From the NCBI GenBank assembly GCA_973851085.1, contig OZ316775.1:2480001-2544000 (forward strand): a stretch of 64,000 nucleotides of DNA. The letters are read 5' to 3'. The stretch is from Ptychomitrium polyphyllum. Its lineage: Eukaryota. Below, one piece after another: positions 14,068 to 26,928 of this stretch; the first letter of the stretch is position 1, and each line of letters begins with the position of its first letter. The translations under genes were made by a program, and so were the position numbers. The notes beneath the pieces are model-generated. The model made no database searches, was not told the DNA's origin, and saw only the letters and a program-made list of their open reading frames with translations.

Positions 14068-14114
14068 CGGTAATCGGGGTATGAAGAAATGCCCGCTGTG
14101 TGCATCAGGATTGA

Positions 14115-14235
14115 CCCCGGGTATTAGCGTTGGTCTTGATGTGATCCCGGGTATTAGCGTTTGTTCTGGTGTGATCCCGGGTATTAGCGTTTGTTCTGGT
14201 GTGATCCCGGGTATTGGTGTTTGGCCTGGGTATCT
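14115..14235. repeat. 30-bp minisatellite (GTGATCCCGGGTATTAGCGTTTGTTCTGGT), about 3.5-4 copies
   Basis: Head-to-tail units with no unique spacers, each containing CCCGGGTA. Confidence 0.9.
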
Positions 14236-15508
14236 CATGTGCTCTCCGTCAATTTGTGCGGAGTGGAGAAAAATTCGTATCCTGCGTGTTAGGTTGGTGA
14301 AGTCACAGGAACGGCATTCCCTGGAATGTAAAGCAGTGGAGTGTGATCTTGCTGTGACTCCACCAACTACAGTGAGCTGCACAAGAAAACCAGACACCTA
14401 CCCAAGAATCTATGAGAAGAGAACAAACGGGACCTGTACAAAATGGACCATTTGCTCCTACCAGCAAGGATAAAGTTCATCGCCAACAAAGATTGTAATT
14501 GCATTTTCCATTTTAACCTAACACGGGATTTACAGGAAATCTCAATTTCACAAATTGCGAAGTAAATAAGTGATCTGTAGAAATTACAGTGCATGGTTAA
14601 CGGTGTTGGCGTTGCACAAGACGTGCATGATCCATGAGGTTTGAAAAATGAACAAGGGATGGACATTCAATATAACGCTCCTGGAAGTAAGTAAGCAAGT
14701 TCGAGCCGGGTTCCCCGAAAGGCCACGTCAGACGCGGAGCAATGCCATCCCAGCCAATTGTGTCGCCAGGTCAGCACTGTGCGCAGACACGGCGAGGTGA
14801 AGGTCGGCAATTCGGCAGGGAAGAGTGCGCGCTTCGCCGTCGCCAGGGTGCCGCGGCTGCAGGATTCATGGCGTGTGCCCCACACTTTCTTCGCAGCTTT
14901 AGCAGACATCGGCCCCCAGATCGCGCTCTCTGAGTCCCGCTGCTACCGCCTACTTCTTGTCGCGCTCAATTTGGTGCACTACAGTCCCCGCACCACCCCA
15001 ATCGCACACCTCTGTCGCTCTGTGCGTGCCACGGGTGGAAACCATCTTCGAACCTGCTAACCAGTTCTGAATCGCGCTTTCTGGTCGATCTCTAGGATCG
15101 TTCGTTTCTCTCTTCGATGATGCAGCTGGATCAGGGAAAGATCTGAGCTTTTCAGTTGATCCGTTTGGGACCAGCGGTGTGGGAACCGACGTGGAGATTC
15201 GGTGTCGTTGGTGTTTCTTGTCTCGATATCGTTCAGTTCGGGTGTGTTGCGTCACACTGGGAGTAAGAGACAGTGCTTTTGGTTCAACGGGGAGAAGAGG
15301 TTATTGTTACATTGGAAGGAGCGGTTTTGAGGATTATAGGATAGGATAGTGTCCGAAGAGATCGATTGTCCGTGGGTTTGTTGGACTGAGGTTTTGATCT
15401 TGAGGCGTTTTGTACGTTGCGTGCGGCGAAGCGTTTCGCAGGGGGGATTTCGTTGAGGTAGTGGACAGCTTTGCCGAGGAAGAGGGGGAGGAATTCGAGT
15501 AATTGTAG

Positions 15509-17319
<1,811 letters not shown>

Positions 17320-18244
17320 CAACTGCATTAGGCGTGAAATTGCTCTGCACTCGAAACATCACGTGAGAGGAATTCAATATTTTCCTGCAGAAATTACCCT
17401 CTTCACCATCACAATTCCCTGTCATTCTGGATATGTCGAAGGGGCGTATATGTTCGAGACCTAAATCTTATTGATTTAACATTTTCAATTATTTATGGTT
17501 GAGAGTGGTGCTGAGTTCATCCAGTCCGAAGGTGAATTGACAGTTGCTGTTTTCGTCTTATCAGGCGTTTCTGATAGGATAACACTTAGGGTGATGCAAT
17601 TTCCCCAAAAAAAATTTAGCTGGGAATAGTTTCAGGACGAGAATTCTTTGCACCGTAGTAATGCTCATATTTAGTTCTTCATCATTCTATGAACAGACAC
17701 TGTACATAAGTAATTGCCCTCTCACAACATGGCCATATTTTATCCACTCCAGTGATTTCATATCAGTTTCTAACGGTAGTGCGATGATTTCAATGCACTT
17801 ATTACCACATAATGTGACATTAGTTCCCAGCGTAATAAGCTCTGCAGCTTTATTAGCAGAATGAAATAAATGGTTTTTAACATAGCAGCCTATTTCCTTC
17901 AGAACAACAAAGCATAAAATAATTATCCTTGTGCATCCAAATTAGAGAACCAACAAATTACTGTACGTGAACACCAGGATTAATTATTTCTCAGAAGCAA
18001 CATATCACTGAAGATACTTTGACAAACAGATTGCTGTACCAGGCTGCTCAATAAGCAAGAAGCACCAAATACGGTACAAGCTTCACTGCGACTGCCGCAG
18101 CCGTACCCAAGAGATTACTGAAAATCCATCCAAAGTAGCTTAAGGAACTACAACAGCTCGAGCTCGAGCTGCCTGTACAATGTTAAAGTCAAAATTCTGA
18201 ACACTTAGCTTCATCAGCTCAGAATGAACTGCAAATCAAGCGAT

Positions 18245-18580
18245 TCAAATGCCGAAGACGGCAGAGTGGGTGAAGGTCTCCATGATGATGAGACGAAAGG
18301 ACCCCAGCATGGCGATGCGCCCGTTCGACCACTCCGCCATCGCCGTGAACGGCCCCAAGCAGCGCGCATCCGTCGACTCGCTGCTCACGATGGGCACCAG
18401 CGACGCGTACGTGAACACCTGCACTGCGCCCGCGAAGTACAGCCCCTGCTGCAACGCATTCGTCACCTGCTCCAACACCGTCTGCTCGGTCAGTCGCTCT
18501 GCTGGCACGGCCCGCACGTACCTCAGCATTGCCCTGCGCACCAATGACACCACCACTTCAGAGTAGCTCCAAGCACTCAA
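18245..18580 (-). pseudogene. ELIP: Early light-induced protein (ELIP/LHC-like) decayed copy
   Basis: TVLEQV..GLYFAGAVQVFTYASLVPI..ESTDARCLGPFTAMAEWSNGRIAMLG matches ELIP helices 2-3. The helix-1 E-x-x-NGR motif is lost, and there is no recognisable ATG or transit peptide. Confidence 0.75.
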
Positions 18581-18885
18581 TGCAAACGGTTCTCGAACAC
18601 CGAGAGCAGAACCTTGCAGGGACTACCAGCGTCGCAACCAGTTATGGTGCTCAGAAGTGCATCTGGTTCAGTTCCAAAGTTCGAACTAAGCTTATCGGCT
18701 GCTGTGGTTGGGAGTGTACTTGGTTTGATAAATCCCATCTTGGAGACTGATGAGAAATGAAGTAGCGAAGGACAATCAGTGCGCTTACAATGTAGGCAGT
18801 GCTTGCAAATTTACAGCATGCCAAATGAAGAGTCTTGGCACGTACTTGTGCTCCACATATCCGTTTAGCGTTTCTCGCCTTATCA

Positions 18886-18950
18886 ATGCTGAGGTTCCTC
18901 GGTCTCGTCATCACGGAGGCCTTCACCCACTGTGCCCTCTTCGGCTTGTA
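18886..18950 (+). pseudogene. ELIP: Second ELIP C-terminal fragment in inverted orientation
   Basis: Encodes MLRFLGLVITEAFTHCALFG. 50 of 60 nt are identical to the reverse complement of 18251-18310 (hand alignment). Confidence 0.7.
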
Positions 18951-19940
18951 TACATCGCATCAGTTTGTTGACATTTTTGCAATCGATTGTTTCCAACTAC
19001 GCGCCTGTTGCTTTAAAATAGGGGTCACTTGGAGCTGTATATCTCACAAACAGCCTTGCCAGCAGTAATGGAGTGGTTTGTTCATTTCTCTGTACAGACA
19101 GTCTATACTGATTTCATTTGAGATCATCTAGTGTTTGTTGAAAAATGCCATACTGTGTTACCCGTTTTTCGTCAGTGTATCCTGGTGAGCATACTTGAAA
19201 TGCTGCTAACTGTCATGTATCTTCAGAAACATGAGGGTATTGGTTGAGTATGTTTCTGCACAAGCATTCGATCCATGTTTGGGTAGCACGAAATAGATTT
19301 GCTCTGTAGACGAACTAATGAAACAAGTTCCGATTCCACAGAATGCCGCATGATGTTCAAGTACCTAGAAACTGTGATATCATCCGCTTGTCTGTTGCAA
19401 ACAACTTCAGAGGGTTCAATCATATACCAGATTCGAAGCATTTCGTCGAACGTGAAGCTGGCATCGCATGTGTGATACACACTTTGAAGTATTCCTTTCC
19501 AATGAAATGATCATAAGCATTTCTGAACGTTAGATGCAGATAGCAATACTTAGTAAACATAGCTTGAGTCAGACTAAAGAAAACTATTTCGGAGTTTACG
19601 AGTGTCTTCAGAGGAAAGCTTTTACTGCAAAGAAATTTGCAACTTCTCCAACTCGGTATGCATCTACCATGTAGAGAGTAATTTTGAGCTAAGTTCGCAA
19701 GCGGTTTCGGTGGACTGGTAGCGGCAGCGGCGTCAACAAATCTTCACTGCCATGTACCAAGTATCTGGGTTTTTATCTGCAATCTAGATAAGTAATAGAT
19801 TTCCATTTAGGGCTTTTCGCTTCATCGGCAGACGCAGGCGGCCATTCTCGGTGGAGTTTTTCGCGCTTTTGCAGTTGAAGAGTACTGTTTCTCTTGAATT
19901 TGCCGTCTTTCATGGAATCTTTGGTGTCGGGCTTGCTTGG

Positions 19941-22179
19941 ATGAGGGCAGCTGCACGAGCAGGCGAATTCCTGCGTCGGAAGTGCTCGGTTGTTGGTCTA
20001 TTTTCTGGTTGTTCAAAACATTTGAAGAACTTAGGGAGCTTCTCGTTCTTGAGTGGTGCGGAAGGGGGTCAGTTGCGTAAGGATTGGGTTTGCGATGGTC
20101 GGGAATGTGGATTTCGCAGAAGCTCATCTTTTGGGGCCGGTTCGTTTGAGCGAGCTTTTGGAAGGAGCTACTCGGGGGCGGCTCGGGTTTTAGCTGCTGA
20201 CATGGAGGCGACGTTGGAAGGGGTTTCTGGGGTTTTGCGTGGAGGAAATATAGAGAGCCTGATCCCTATGGATTTGAGTTCAGGATTGGAGAGGGATGGT
20301 GTTGAGTCTAATGGCACAACAGTGAAAGTCAAGATGGTTGACAGAAATGCTCAGGGAGAGGATTCTAGGAGTGACCTAAAGTGTGAAACTCCTGGGATTT
20401 CGTCTGCGAGCGTACGAGAGGAGGTAGAGTTAGCAGTAGAGGCAGAGGGAATGAAGGAGTTGGTAGAAGGTGCTGCTGCTGAAGACAGGAATTTGGCAAA
20501 GAGGCTGAAAGTGGAAGCTGCTGTGGCGGTTCTGCCTCATATGGAAAAGGCGTGGAAGCACTGGAATAAGCTTGGGGCACCCAAGCTGATGGTGGCCCCC
20601 ATGGTGGATCAGAGTGAGCTGCCCTTCAGAATGTTGTGTAGGAAGTATGGAGCTACGGCGGCCTACTCGCCCATGTTACACTCTCGGCTGTTTGCACAAG
20701 ATGCAAAATACCGAACGAAGGAGTTTAGTACTTGTCCTGTGAGTGAGATTTTTGTTGCGTTTGATTTTTATGCACGTCACGTTTGGCAAAGTACTCTAAG
20801 ATTTGGTTACCTTTATTTTGCACCAACTAGAGTTACTGTTGTTGTTTTTACATCATTAAACGGTAGTGTCTTGTACAATGTTGCATTCTGGTGAACATTT
20901 CTCAATCTATGAATTCCGTGAAGAGTTTTCAGAATTGTTTATGTTTTGGTTCACTGTATGGCAGGAGGATCGCCCGCTTTTTATCCAATTTTGTGCTAAC
21001 AATCCGGATACTTTGTTAGAAGCTGCTAAGTTTGTGCAAGATGACTGCGATTACGTTGATATTAATTTTGGGTATGGACCTACTTTCCTCTCCAGTCCTG
21101 CTTCTTCCTTGGGGTAAGGTGGTACTTCATCTTGGTGTGGAGTGTCATTGTATATATTCTGCTAACACCCTGATGTTTAAGGAATTTTCTTTTAGTTTTT
21201 TTATAGTTTTATGTTTGTCTCTGCCATGTTTTATACAGTTGGGCAAGTAACAGACATAGTCGTAGCTTTAGTATGCTGCTCTTTGTAAATGTCTATGATT
21301 CGAGGTGGAGATGAATGTTGGCTTGGGCTGAGTGCAATGTGCTCACGATTGCCAATTCGAATCATGCTCACTTTCTTCTCCTTTTGCTGGAATAGGTGTC
21401 CTCAACGCATAGCCAAGAGGGGCAATTATGGAGCGTTTCTCATGGATGATCTGTCTTTAGTCCGATCCTTGGTTGTGAAACTCGCCACTGGGTTAACAAC
21501 TCCTGTTTCGTGCAAGATTCGCATGTTCCCAAAGTTAGAAGAAACTCTTGCTTATGCCCGCATGCTCGAAGAGGCAGGGTGCTGCTTACTAGCTGTTCAC
21601 GGACGCACTCGGGATCAAAAGGACGGTAAAGCTATCAGGGCTGACTGGGAAGTTATTAAGGCTGTAAAATCAGCTGTTCGCATTCCAGTTGTAGCAAATG
21701 GAAATATCAGGTGGCTTGAGGATGTAGACGAATGCATTAAGGTGACAGGAGTAGATGGTGTGATGTCGGCAGAATCTCTTCTTGAGAACCCTGCTCTATT
21801 CGGGGGTTATAGAATGAAACCTCTCGATTCTTCTGCAATTAAATTAGACGAACTCAGGGGCAAATATTCCCTTGATGAGCCAACACTTGTTCTGGAGTAT
21901 CTGGACCTCTGTGAGAAGTATCCAGTTCCAGCTCGGATGATTCGTGCTCATGTGCATCGAATGCTGGGTCCATGGTTTAGACGATACCCAGAACTGCGCG
22001 AAGAGCTGAACAAGGAATATAAAATTACCGTTGAGTGGCTTAAGGTTATGGTGCACAGGCTCATTGTCCAACACAAAGCATCAGGGACAGCGAAGAAGCC
22101 TGGAATGCTAGACAATGTTGTTAGTAATGGAGTTACTCAGCCCGCGCAGGCCGTAAAAGCTGCAATCGGCGCTGCATAG
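19941..22179 (+). CDS. DUS1: tRNA-dihydrouridine(16/17) synthase DUS1-like
   Basis: [63 protein letters not shown], ANGNI. Exons 19941-20738, 20965-21071, 21396-22179. The start may be 19941 or 20202. Confidence 0.93.
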
Positions 22180-22479
22180 TTGGATTTTGCCACTGTAAGA
22201 ACTTCAGTGATTTTGTTGGCATCAACATTGGTGTAAATTCTTCTCGGTATGGATAAGCATACTGGGCACTGTTTTTCAAGATCACTTCATTGGAATACTC
22301 TGAACGGGATCATATTTAGTGCGTTTCTCATGGGAATGTATTTTATTGATACAGAATCTAGATCAATAAGTTACGGTATACAGTTTAAACCACCATGTCA
22401 ATTATAACTTCTGAGCCTCAGAAAAGCCAAAACCATCTTCCTCTAGGTGTTATTCACAGTAGTTGATCTTATGTCCTAT

Positions 22480-22763
22480 ATTTTCCAAGTGTGCAGATCA
22501 TCCAGAGTCCTGCTGCCTTTCCAGGAAGAGGGTGGAGTGTGTTAGGTATGATATGAGCTCTTGACCGTTCCAACACTGTATCGGGCACCTGCAATTTCCT
22601 CTGCAGGCACTGCGTCTTCGAGAGCTTTCATCTCCCCGTCGGTAAACTTTACACCAAGCGCAGCAACATTGGATTCCAAGTTTGCTATCTTTGTGGTCCC
22701 TAAAATTGGCACTGCTTTTATATTATCCTTCTGCATCACCCAGGCCAAGGCTACTTGCAACAA
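22480..22763 (-). pseudogene. Aldo-keto reductase (auxin-induced PCNT115-like) C-terminal relic
   Basis: QVALAWV..AVPILGTTKIANLESNVAALGVKFT..LEDAVPAEEIAGARY. The terminal NTPPSSWK motif follows in a shifted frame after a TAA. No upstream AKR exons were recognised. Confidence 0.75.
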
Positions 22764-23945
22764 ATGTTCACATAACTAGCGAGACATAATCGGTGAAATA
22801 TGACTAGACTTGAATGTAATATTGTTACAAGGCAGGCTTTAGTACTGTATCTGCAAGTTGGAATGATATAGTTCTCCACATCCCTAACTCAGAGGGACCA
22901 GTCGATTTGATAGCAGCAGTTTTCTCGTCAAGACACAACGTTGAGTGGTGAAACGAAGCTGGAGAGCTTAAGAAAGGGCTTTAGTGAAGCAAACGCTCTC
23001 ACAGCAAGCCAAGCAGTCATCCTAGTGGAACTAGGTGTTGTGAAGCCATGTTAAGTAACCAAGTGAGGAATTGTGCCTGGTCATCATTCTCAGGAGGAAA
23101 TGATACTAGAGGAACTCTACAAACCAATGATTTCATGCAAACCAATGAGCTGAAATGATTTTCCATTTTCCCAATTTAGCTGGGCTTTTCTTGGTTTCAG
23201 AGTGAGACTCTTACTCACCTTGTGCATGCCCTTAACGCCTTGAAAAATAATCTATTTCCACCACCAACGACGTTGCCTTGAGTTCAAAGACATCTACGAC
23301 GAACTCATGTACAATCTTCGCCACGAAGCCAGGTGGAACGTTTCTAATAGAGGAGCTGAACTAATATGTAGAAACCTAAGGATGGATAGCGTGACATCCT
23401 GAATTCTGAGAACTTCAACATCTTCCGTGCTAAGCTTCAAAAGTCAATAGATTGATTTTAAATTAGTGTTTTCTCACCCGTAAACTTACGGACGCCTCTC
23501 CATGCCAAGTTCTAATTTTCAGAACACTCTGTAATACTCATCTATCCTATAATTGAAGTTACCCGAATATATGCAAAAGTCCTGAATGATACTAATGGGG
23601 ACATCAGGTTCCACAACAACCAAACGAATACGGTACACCTAATGCACTCACGTGTACAGCATATGTTTACCTTCTTCAATGATAGCATTTTTACTAAATT
23701 CTAGTAAAGCCTGAGCTTTGAAAATAACAAGAAACTGCTACTTACCAGCACGCGCGCTCACTTCTAAAGTGATCACATGTACAAACAAACCAACCAGCAA
23801 TAGCTAATCTATCAACATCAGGTTATAGGCTTCTGTGAAAACGTCCTATGACATGAAACATTACTCATCCTTGACGAAGGATATGAACATCAGAATTAAG
23901 ACTAAGCATGTCGAAATCCTCTCCTTGGCATACTCTAGGAGTACA

Positions 23946-24553
23946 CTAACCAGAAATAAGAATGGCTTCTCGCTTCAAACGATAGCGTGGGTGACGTGGA
24001 ATCATCTGTGAGTGCCCGAACCCACCTTGCCCAATTCCAGTTTCGGCATAAGGACCGTCATAATAAATGTAGCCCAGCCGTTTCCCACATGCAGCGCACG
24101 ACAACTTAGTTCGCCGTCTTTGAATGCCCCAGTAGTCCACAGTCTCGAAGAACGGAAAGCATTGATTTTGCTCCTTCTGGCGAAACTCGGTCTTGTCCAC
24201 CGCAGAGAACGACAATGTGCCTTTGTTCCCTGCATCAAAATATGCATTGGGTGGGTATAGATACTCATCGCTGAGGTTCAAACAACGGTTGCATCCTTTA
24301 CAGCTGCAAAGAAACAGAAGGTAAAATTCACATAAGAATAGATTTAGAGATATCATAAGCAGAGAACCGACAATACGTCTTCTCATCAATTGAGATATTC
24401 CTACAAGGAATTTGCTAAGAAGCGGTATCTCTTGAAGCAACTTACAACTCCACTGCTGAACAAGCTCCTGGTTTGTTCTACCAAGCAGAGGTTAAAGGGA
24501 AAGAAGAGAGCGAGGGAAGAAAAGAGGGGGAAAACTCACTAGTACGTCGTCAT
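23946..24553 (-). CDS. At4g08330/At2g17705-like uncharacterised zinc-ribbon (two CxxC) protein
   Basis: A 14-nt coding exon (24540-24553) joined to 23946-24303 gives MTTYYCKGCNRCLNL..YFDAGNKGTLSF..PFFETVDYWGIQRRRTKLSCAACGKRLGYIY..PRYRLK. Confidence 0.85.
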
Positions 24554-26928
24554 TCTTGAGCCAACTCCAATTCCGAATCGCCTTAGTGGATCTGTCCTAC
24601 ACATTTGCCAAATAACTTGTAGAGCGATAATGAGACAATTGCCTCCGAACGGGTGAAAGAACATTAAAAACTTGCCGTTTATATTAAGAACAAAAGCAAA
24701 ACCTCAACCTACTTCCATCCCATGAGAAAACTGTATTGCAATTACTTCCTACTTTACCCTGTAATGCATCTACAGCGGGAATATAATTTGACTAAGTGTG
24801 AGTCACAGACCTGATTGATGTCGGATATCTGACGGTTAGCAACGGAATCTAGGCCTGCATTAATAAGACTGTCCTTGTGTAACTCTAGTTGATTCACATC
24901 ACTTGGATAGCTCAAGTCCTTTTAAAAATTTCCTGGTAGCAAGAACAGGAAAAGCGGTAGAGGAAACAGCTAACAGAATGTTAAATGAGGTCAAAGATTC
25001 AAGCAGAGAGTACAGAACAAGAAGCCTATGATGCAGCGCACGCACAGGCCAAAAATTGCCAGGGGCATGTCTAGGCAACGAAGTCGTCTCAAGCTCAACA
25101 TGGCCCCAAAAGTGGTTATCACGTACGAACCAGAAGATCTCCAATTTGGGTATGCAAAGAAATCACCTACTTAAGTAAAACTCGTCATCTGCTACCGTTA
25201 TTTGGGAATACAAGGGCACTAGTCTGCAAGTAATGTAAATGATTAGGTCCCAAGTAATTCTGACTCAAGCCTTTGTTGCATATCAATTATACACACCTAG
25301 AGAACTAGGGATTTATCTTAACGCTCGAGGGATCCTTGCTAACATTGGATTGGACTCTAGAATATTCCTACCAATTCGTCATCAATACACACAGAGGAGC
25401 TCTGTTTTCGAAACCCACAACTCCGAGCCCAAAAGCCTACTCTGTCAAAGGCGAATGACAACATGGATAAGCCCTACGTCCTAAATTCTGATTTGCGTCG
25501 AGCAAGAAAATCCTTCGAGAGCATGAAGAAGGCACGGTCAAAGTCGCGCTGTGCATCTAGGTCAAATTATGCTACATTAGGTCAAGAGACTGTGTTTCAT
25601 ACTCGAGTCGGGTTACTCGCAGCAACCACGCGAAAGTAATCAGGTTCGACAAACGCCATAACAAAGGACCTTTTTGATCTCAGGCAGTCCTGCAAAATTC
25701 TAAAAGTCCTGGCTTCTGTCGTCACCTGCGATGTAAAGGAAATCAAGAAATCCTTTCAAGAGGAATCAATAGCCCTAATCAAGTTTCTGGCAGAAAGGCG
25801 TGCTTCGCCTTTACGCACCCTGCGCAGAGACGCAAAAGAATGCGCAACGAGAAGACGATGCACCAGTTCTTCCCCAATTCTAAGAGAAAGTCAAAACGTT
25901 CATTCCCTCCCACAAAGATGCAGCTCCAAGGAGCCAAAACGCAAGAAACCATGAAGATTCTCTTCAAATTCCATACCAGCCTTCAATAGAAACTCTGTCA
26001 CTCAAGAACGCCAAACTGGACAATCGTCAAAGCACCCGAACTTCGAATCTTGGAAACAAGGTAGAATCCGCGACACCGACTTCTTCTCTGGTCAAGACTA
26101 GTAACTTAAATCACAAGTCGACCTTTGCAAAGAGCAAAACGCATCCGCTACAGCAGGAGGGAATAGCACGCTATGGGGGTAGAAGTGGATGGTTTCTTCA
26201 GATCTTTTTGGATTTTCTTTTGTTCCACAAAGTAAAATGGAAATTTACTGTTTCAGCGGGAAGTTCTGAGCGCCGCACACCCTGCAGGAAAGCTGCAGAG
26301 CCCATGTCGTGGCATTTCGTTGATCCTACACGGTTGGGTGACAACTGCCAACACAGGCTCAAACTAAGAAATTTTCCAGGTTATCTACATCAATTTCAGA
26401 AAGAGTTCCTCTATTAACACTAGTAACAGAGGATCACAATTGACGTTTCTTTGAGTTTCCAGTTAGAGTTGTATTTGGATACGGCACAGAGTTTCTGCAA
26501 GTTGTTGCCGCACTGCCGAATGTGTACCATGTAATAATGTTTGAACCTTCAACGACCAACTTCGGAGAAACCTGTAACCCAGAATTGTAGAGGTGTCATT
26601 CTGAAGATTCACTGGAAACCATGAGGCCCGAAAAGTTTCTCGATAGAGGACGTGGTCATGCTGAATCTAGTAAAACGTTCATCTTGATGGAGATGGTGGG
26701 ACCTGCGGCGGATCTGTCGCCAGTGCACTTTGTCCAGGTCACCGAACAACCAGATGGATTGTCAAGTGGGCTACAGTTCTGCATGGTTATCCTCCTGCAC
26801 ATCGTCATCACCATTCAAGGCTGTCCGACATCCTCCGAGTGTTTTCTGTCGTGTGCTGGAGAGCGGAAGCGAAAAGGTGCAAGTAAGGGGTCCGGGTGGG
26901 AAGCTTTTTGGATCTTGGGAAGGAAATC

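Noticed and set aside
14009..14235. 30-bp repeats as a CRISPR array or as repeat-protein ORFs (14044-14397, 14060-14473)
   Set aside because: The units are head-to-tail with no unique spacers, there are no cas genes, and the genome is eukaryotic. The ORFs simply follow from a stop-free 30-bp unit.
19223..19480. 85-aa minus-strand ORF upstream of DUS1
   Set aside because: Non-ATG start, no recognisable family and no splice support.
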